DNA from: the human T2T-CHM13v2.0 reference genome, Homo sapiens
Length of the DNA: 64,000 nucleotides
Assembly (NCBI RefSeq): GCF_009914755.1
Contig: NC_060927.1
Direction: 5' to 3' (one strand)
Shown here: one piece after another, positions 57,026 to 64,000 of the stretch
Layout of the letters: every line of letters begins with the position of its first letter
Position numbering within the stretch: position 1 is the first letter of the stretch
Program-made: the position numbers and the translations under genes
Notes under the pieces: model-generated
Database searches by the model: none
Seen by the model: only the letters and a program-made list of their open reading frames with translations
Told to the model about the DNA's origin: nothing

Positions 57026-57381
57026 TGTATTAGTCCATTTTCACACTGCTATAAAGAACTGCCTGAGAGTGGGTAATTTATAAAGAAAAGAGGTTTAATT
57101 GACTCACAATTGTGCATGGCTGGGAGGCCTCAGGAAACTTACAATCATGGCAGAAGGGGAAGCAGGCACATCTTACATGGCGGCAGGTAAGAGAGTGAGT
57201 GAAGGGGAAAGAGCCTCTTATGAAACCATTAAATCTCATGAGAACTCATTCACTATCATGAGAACTGCATGGGGGAGACCACTCCCATAATCCAATCACC
57301 TCCCACCAGGTAGCTCCCTCAACATCTGGGGATTACAATTCAAGATGAGATTTGGGTGGGGACACAGAGCCAAACCATATC
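57026..57381 (-). mobile_element. MaLR LTR (THE1/MSTA-like)
   Basis: tgtattagtccattttcacactgctataaag...gatttgggtggggacacagagccaaaccatatc. Confidence 0.9.
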
Positions 57382-57904
57382 GTTATTCTATAAAATTTTA
57401 GAGTTGTAGTTTCTCTCATAATAGGTTACACCTGGCAGTTTGGGTCCAACATTCCTATATGACAAGGCCGCTGCTGGCGCTGAGCAGCAGCTGTCCCCAT
57501 TAGGCAGCAAATGCATGCTTCCTTTGGACATGACCCTCATCACCACTCTTCATTTCCTCTCAGCCCACTTCACTCATATGGTTTCCCTCCCACAGGTGTG
57601 GAGTTCCTGACCACTGCTCTAGGGGAACAGGTACTTGCTGTTCCCCAGCCTCCGGGGATTTGTTCCCTTCTCTTAGGTTTGCCTGGAGCCTTCCCTCTTC
57701 TTCTCCAGCCAGAGGCCATTTGTCCTTGCCTGAGCCCTAAACTCAAAACTCCCTAGGAACTGTCTTAAGGAAGTATAGCTTTGTGTCCAATACAAATATT
57801 GTTTTTGGACCTGTCTTTCATCTTCATTCTTTGGTGAGTCCAAGAGAGCAGGTTCTCTACTTCTGAGCAATCCTACTGCCTTTCACTATATCCCATCCTG
57901 CCAA

Positions 57905-59280
57905 GAAGTGTGGTGTAGAGGGCCTAGGGTACCTGCCTGAGCCCTTCCCCCTAGTGTTTATGTCCTGTGTAATCTCTTTACCTTCTGTGTGGGCAGGACC
58001 TGTGGCTTGCTTTTAACCAATGGAATCTCGTATAGGTGAAGGGTTTTGTTTCAAGTCAGTTGATTTTTGAGTTAATCAGAAGGGATATCCTGGGTGGGCA
58101 GGTTTTCCTTCCTTCCTTCCTTCCTTTCTTCCTTCCCTCCCTCCCTCCCTCCCTCCCTCCCTCCCTCCCTCCCTCCCTCCCTCCCTCCTTCCTTCCTTCC
58201 TTCCTTCCTTCCTTCCTTCCTTCCTTCCTTCCTCTCTCTCTCTCAATCTTTTAAGTTCTGGGATATATGTGCAGGTTGTGCAGGTTTTTTACATAGGTAA
58301 ACATGTGCCATGGTGGTTTACTGCACAGATCATTCTGTTACCCAGGTATTAAGCCCAGCATCCATTAGCTATTCTTCCTGATGCTCTCTCACCCCACAAA
58401 GGTGCCCAGTATGTGTTGTTTGCCCCCATGTGTCCATGTGTTCTCATCATTTAGGTCCCACTTATAAGTGGGAACATGTGGTTTGGTTTTCTGTTCCTGC
58501 ATTAGTTTGCTGAGGATAATGGCTTCCAACTCTAACCATGTCCCTCCAAAGGACATGATCTTTTTCCTTTTTATGGCTGCACAGTGGTATATGTGGTATG
58601 TGTGGTATATGTACCACATTTTCTGTATCCAGTCTATCACTGATGGGCATTTAGGTCAATTCCATGACTTTGCTATTGTAAATAGTGCTGCAGTGAACAT
58701 ACACATGCATGTTATCTTTATAATAGAATGATTTATATTCCTTTGGGCATATACCCAGTAATGGGATTGCTGGGTCAAATGGTATTTCTGCCTCTCTAGC
58801 TCCTTGAGGAATAACCACACGGTCTTCCACAATGGTTGAACTAATTTACACTCCTGGGTGGGCCTTATTTAATTGAGAATCCTGGAAAGAGGGACTGGAC
58901 CCTCCACAAGGGCAGAGAGACTCTCCCTGATGGTGTGATGAAGCCTTTATGGCCAGAAACTACAGGCAGCCTTGAATGTGAGAGTGGCTTCCAGCTGACA
59001 GCCAGAAAAAGGCTGGACCCTCAGTCTTACAGCAAAAAGAAATGAATTCTGCCAACAATCTAGGTGAGCTTGGAGGCAGATTCTTCCCCAGTCAAGCCTG
59101 CAGATGAAAACACAGCCCAGTTAGCACCTCGATTGTAGACTTGTAGGATCATGAGCAGAGGACCCAGCTTGTTTGTGCCCCAACTCCTGACCCACAAAAA
59201 CTGTGAGATAATAATAACTGTTCTGTTTTAAGCCACTACATTTATGATCATTTGTTATGTAGCAGTAGAAAACTAACACA
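57905..59280 (+). mobile_element. MaLR LTR (MLT1-type) split by an L1 insertion
   Basis: gagttaatcagaagggatatcctgggtgggc [L1] ...gaatgaattctgccaacaa...ttgttatgtagcagtagaaaactaaca. Confidence 0.8.
58100..58851 (-). mobile_element. 5'-truncated primate L1PA 3' end with a (GGAA)n/(GGGA)n tail
   Basis: L1PA 3' UTR in reverse (catgtgccatggtggttt, atacccagtaatgggattgctgggtcaaatggtatttct); TSD tcctgggtgggc at 58088-58099 and 58852-58863. Confidence 0.9.
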
Positions 59281-60135
59281 AGAAGCAAGGAGAAGGGAGA
59301 AAGGGAAGGAAATTACTTACCTAGCAATGCTATAAAGCATCCGCAAGCCTAGTGGCTTAAAATAACAATAATTTATTATTTCTTGTGATTCTATGGGTTA
59401 ACTAGGTGGTGGTTCTGTTTCACATGGTATCAGGTGGGGTCCCTGGTGAAGCTAGGAGCTTGACTGTCTGCCTCAGTTCTCCTCTCCATGGGCTTTCTCT
59501 CCACGTGGTGTCTCATCTTCCAAGGCAACCCTGTGTGTCCACTGTCCTCAGTACAGTAGCCTGGATTACCTTACAGTGTAGCAGCTGGGTTCCAAGAAAG
59601 GGAAAGCAGAAGGAAGTTGGGGAACAGACCAGGGGGGGCATTTGTGAGTGTCATTTGTAAAAGCTGCCTACCATCCAACAGGGCCTTGCTCCAAGCAACT
59701 GCTTAATAAAGCATTTTAGAGTGAGTTGGAAGAAGGAATGCATTATTGGTGATTTTAACTGTGAGCCTATGAAGGCAGCATCATGATTGCTTATGCAATG
59801 TGTCCCTTGCCAGTATTTCATTTCTGAGAGCAGAAATGAGGAGCTATTTATTCATTTATTGGATGCCATTTACTTTTGCCTAATATCCATTGGTTATGAC
59901 TTAACAGCAGCTCTTACACACTTGGAATAAAATATGAACTCCAATATGAGAGGAACTCATTCCAGGACCTGCTCAGGAAATAAAGCTGCATTCACTTTAT
60001 GTAGCTGCTTTTCCAAGTGAACTAAAAAAAAGGAAAAGTCATGGAATTATTTATCATTACCTCCCCCTTGTTGCACAAGACAGAGAAGCAATGGCTGGAT
60101 AGGTAAGAAAATGATTAGCCAGGTTATTTAAAGGA

Positions 60136-60440
60136 GAGGTTGACAAACTGTGGTCCATGTGCCAAATCTGGCCCATTGCCTGCTTTTGCAGCTTATGAGT
60201 TACGAATGATTTTCACATTTTTAAATGTTCAAAGAAACAGTATTTCATGGCATGAGAACATTATATAGAATTCAAATTTCAGTGTCCACAAGTAAGGTAT
60301 TATTTTGACATAGCCACACCCATTTGTTTACTATTGTCTATGGCTGATGGCAGAATTCAGTAGTTGTGACAAAGACCAGATGGCCCGTGAAGCCTGAAAA
60401 ATTTACTATCAAGCCCTTTAAGAATATGGTTTCCCACCAC
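60136..60440. mobile_element. MER58B-like hAT MITE
   Basis: ggttgacaaactgtggtccatgtgccaaatctggccc...aaatttcagtgtccacaa...gcctgaaaaatttactatc. Confidence 0.75.
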
Positions 60441-60599
60441 TAATCTAAAGGAACCTTTTAAAAATTTAGACCAACCAGCATATTGCTGAAAGTCATTGAG
60501 ATACCCTCAGAATTTCATGGCTCTGCTGAATTCAACAGAAGATGGTAATGACGGTTTTTCCCTATTTTTCCACTGCTTTTTTCTACTTGAATACATGAT

Positions 60600-61027
60600 T
60601 GTGTTAGTCCATTCTGCGTTAGCATAAAGGAACACCTGCGGTTGGGTAATTTATAAAGAAAAGAGGTGTATATGGCACGTGGATCTGCTGGATGTACAAG
60701 AAATATGGTGCCAGCACCTGCTCTGCTTCTGTTGAGGGCCTCATGCTGTTTCCACTAATGGCAGAAGGTGAAGGAGGAGCAGGTATGTCACATGGTGAGA
60801 GAGGAGGAGGTAAGAGAGAGAAAAGGGGTAGGGCCAGGCTGTTTTTAGTGATCGGCTCTCACATGAACTATTAGAATGATAACTCAGTCATTACCATGGG
60901 GCAGCACCAAGCCAATCATGGAGGATCCAACCCCATGACCCAAACACCTCCCACCAGGTCCCACGTCCAACATTGGTGGTCAAATTCCAACATGAGATTT
61001 GTAGGGGCAAACATCCAAACTATATCA
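60600..61027 (-). mobile_element. MaLR LTR (MST-type)
   Basis: tgtgttagtccattctgcgtt...gggtaatttataaagaaaagagg...aacatccaaactatatca. Confidence 0.85.
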
Positions 61028-61431
61028 GTTACACTAGCCAGATAATAAATGGTGGAGGGCTGGGAGACTTGATGCCGAATACTCCTTTTCATGCTGGAGC
61101 TTCTCTTACCAAAATGTTTAGCGGCCCTTTCTCCTTTTCCCTCTCTCCTTGCTTCTTCATCAGTGCTACCATCAAGACTGGGATATCTTACATGGTAATG
61201 GGGTTGCTTAGAGGTAGAGTAGGCTGCCAGGCTGCCCAGCCTTGGCCTGGAATGTTGAAATGTAGGGTCTTTATAAATGCTAGACTTGACTGCCCCTTGA
61301 ACCTGGTTTTGGTGGTGACATGGACACAGGACAGAATTTCACAGCTTTCAGGTCACTGTGGTAACAGGGAACAAACACCCTGGAGAGAAATTAGGCTCCC
61401 TCTACAGAGGCTCGGGAAATCAGAGACTCCC

Positions 61432-61809
61432 TATCTCAGTCAGCTTGCGCTGCTATGACAAAATATCAATGACTGGGTGGCTTATAAACAACAGGAATTT
61501 ATTGCTCACAGTCCTGGAGGCTGGAAGTCTGAGATCAGGGTGCCAGCATGGTACAGTTCTTTTTGAGGCCCCTCTTTTGGGTTGTAAACTGCTGCCTTCT
61601 CTTGGTATCCTCACCTGGCATTGAGTCAAATGAGGAAGCAAGCTCTCTCATGAGTCTTATAAGGACACTAATCCCATTCATGAGGGCTCCACCCTTATGA
61701 CCTCATCTAATCCTAATTACTTCCCAAAGGCCCCAACTCCTAATACCATAACAATGCAGGCTAGGATTTCAACATAAGAATCTTTGGGAGACACATTCAG
61801 TCCATAACA
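61432..61809 (-). mobile_element. MaLR LTR (MLT1A-like)
   Basis: gactgggtggcttataaacaacaggaatttattgctcacagtcctggaggctgg...acacattcagtccataaca. Confidence 0.85.
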
Positions 61810-62167
61810 CTGTCTGTTCCTGTGGGGGCAGAGTTGACCTATCCATAAATTAACAACCCTTATTTTGCCTTGTGTTACACTTTAGGGAGTGAGGATTTGG
61901 CCTGTAACTGTCAAATAACAGAGCCCATCCTAACTGCTTCTACTGTGGGTAAAATAATGACATACTGCCTAGGTGTGCAGGTGGATGGTGACCCATCTAC
62001 ACCTGTTAGATGTCACTGCATGAACTGACCCTCACCTGGTTGTGTTTTGAGCCACAGAAGCAGTACTAGAATGTTCTACTTCGTCTTCATTTCCCTGAAC
62101 CTGAATTTTCCTCAGTGAGCTAATTTTTTTTTTTAGGGTGATATTTCAAACAATTGTAGGGTAGCTT

Positions 62168-62797
62168 GTTTTTTTGTTTTTTGTTTTTGTTTGTTTGTTT
62201 GTTTGTTTGTTTGAGACGGAGTCTTGCTCTGTCACCCAGGCTGGAGTGCAGTGGTGTGATCTTGGCTAACTGCAACCTCCGCCTCCCGGGTTCAAGTGGT
62301 TACTCATGCCTCAGCCTCCCGAGTAGCTAGGATTACAGTCAGGCACCACCACACCTGGCTAATTTTCTTTATTTTTAAACAGAGTCTTGCTGTGTTGCCC
62401 AGGCTGGAGTGTAGTGGTGCACGTTCTTGACTCACTGCAACCTCCGCCTCCTGGGTTCAAGTGATTCTTCTGCCTCAGCCTCCCCAGTAGCTGGGATTAC
62501 ACGTGTGTGCCACCACACCCAGCTAATTTTTATATTTTTTAGTAGAGATGAGGTTTCACCATATTAGCCAGGCTGGTCTTGAACTTCTGACGTCAAGTGA
62601 TCCACCTGCCTCGGCCTCCCAAAGTGCTACAATTATAGGTGTGAACTACCGTGCCAGGCCTACTTTTTGTATTTTTTATAGAGCTGGGGTTTCACCTTGT
62701 TGGCCAGGCTGGTTTCGAACTCCTGGCCTCAAGTGTTCTACCTGCCTCAGTCTCCCAAAGTGCTGGGATTACAGGCCTGAGCCACTGTGCCTGGCCC
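62168..62797 (-). mobile_element. Nested Alus: one Alu (~62378-62660) inside the A-rich linker of another
   Basis: Plus-strand order is right arm, complete second Alu, then linker and left arm of the first. Confidence 0.85.
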
Positions 62798-62849
62798 TCA
62801 GTGAGAGAATGTTTTAAACCAATTTCTTATACCCCAATTTATAAACCAA

Positions 62850-63070
62850 TACTAATGATAGCTAATTCCTACTGAATGCTGAGTGTCAGAGACTGTTCTA
62901 AATGCTCCGTGTGTATCTAATTCTCACAGAAACCTCATGAGAAGTATACTATCGTTATCCCCTTTCACAGTTGAGGAAACTGAGGCATGAAGAGGCTACA
63001 TTCAGGATTCCCTGACTAGCATTTGGTGGACCTGAAATGACCACTCCAGCACTCAAATGCTGAGCCTAGA
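62850..63070 (-). mobile_element. MIR SINE
   Basis: tctaattctcacagaaacctcatgagaagt...cccctttcacagttgaggaaactgaggca. Confidence 0.75.
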
Positions 63071-64000
63071 CCCTTAACCAGGATGCAGACATCTTGAGAA
63101 CAAAACAAGGTAAAATGACCATAGGTCAGAGGAAGAGCTGTCCACACTCTATACATTGTCATCGGGACAGTAAGTCCTTTTCCTTGGCCTCCTGCCCCCA
63201 AGTACAGGAGGGTCTGCAGAATGTCAGGAACTCGTTGATCTTAGATTAGAACCCACTGGGGCTACAGTCAGAGAGCAGGAGAACAGCAAATTGTGGGGCC
63301 TCAGGATGAGGCTCTCTAGATGTGATTAAATGATTTTCCTCTTCTAAAAGGACAGGAGAACTTCAAGATGAGTGCGATTTCCGTGCTGTGTACTGTGCGT
63401 TTTATCTTCAGTTATCTCGAGAAAAAAAAAAAAAAAAGCAAGGATGGTAGCTTTGAGGCCATGTGAGAGGCTCAGGGCTGCTGGAGGATCCTTGGTAGCC
63501 TGGTGAGGACTGCAAGGAGGGCAGAAGCAGCTCTTGGTTTGAGGGTAAAGGGATGCCCTTGATCATGGAATGGCTTAGGGGACCTGGCTCAGGGCACTTT
63601 TGGAACTCTGTTGGAAGTGACTGTCCTTTGGGCTGGTGTCACATGCATCTTCGAGGAGGGGCTGGCTTGGGGATTTTGTGCCCCAAGCCTCCCCCGTGCT
63701 ATAACTTGGAGGATAAAGCCTCAAGCCAGCCTTGCCCCAGTGGCCTCCGGGGTGCTGAAAGGCTTAGCTTTACCGTGGCGCCTCTGAGGGGGTTTTGTAA
63801 AGCTCAGGAATCCCCTCTTCTCCTGATAGTTCTGTGGGGCATGTGCCATTCTGAGGGCCAGAGTTCCTGAGCTGATTCAGGGATTATTCTTTTAAGAACC
63901 CAACCCTTCACTCATCTTAAGCAATTTGGAAGGGATGTTTTGTTCTTTCTTCCCCACTAAACTGCATTGTTCTCTTCTCTGACTTTAAAATCATTTTACA

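Noticed and set aside
58389-58731. ORFs resembling the L1 ORF2 C-terminus
   Set aside because: Part of a 5'-truncated, mutated L1PA insertion.

Overview
Primate (almost certainly human) genomic DNA lying inside the large gene CACNA2D3 (calcium-channel alpha2delta-3 subunit, + strand). Only two coding exons are present: 39777-39866 (90 nt) and 54128-54241 (114 nt), both phase 0/0 and encoding part of the VWA domain. The intron between them holds a complete 5.7-kb HERV-H/LTR7 provirus on the - strand (46482-52204; tRNA-His PBS, PPT, 5-bp TSD). From recollection, this is the locus of the pluripotency lncRNA ESRG. Upstream is a processed RPS15 retrocopy with an open frame and a lost stop codon. 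The rest is intron filled with L1, L2, Alu, MIR, MaLR/ERV1 LTRs and hAT MITEs; subfamily names and most boundaries are by eye and approximate. I found no convincing wholly new biological system. The least-explained signals are a ~94%-identical local inverted duplication of an ancient L2 segment (16477-16772 / 18311-18602), one-sided CpG decay between the two HERV-H LTRs, and a possible stop-free 204-nt circRNA from the two exons. Nearly all short ORFs in the supplied track are noise.
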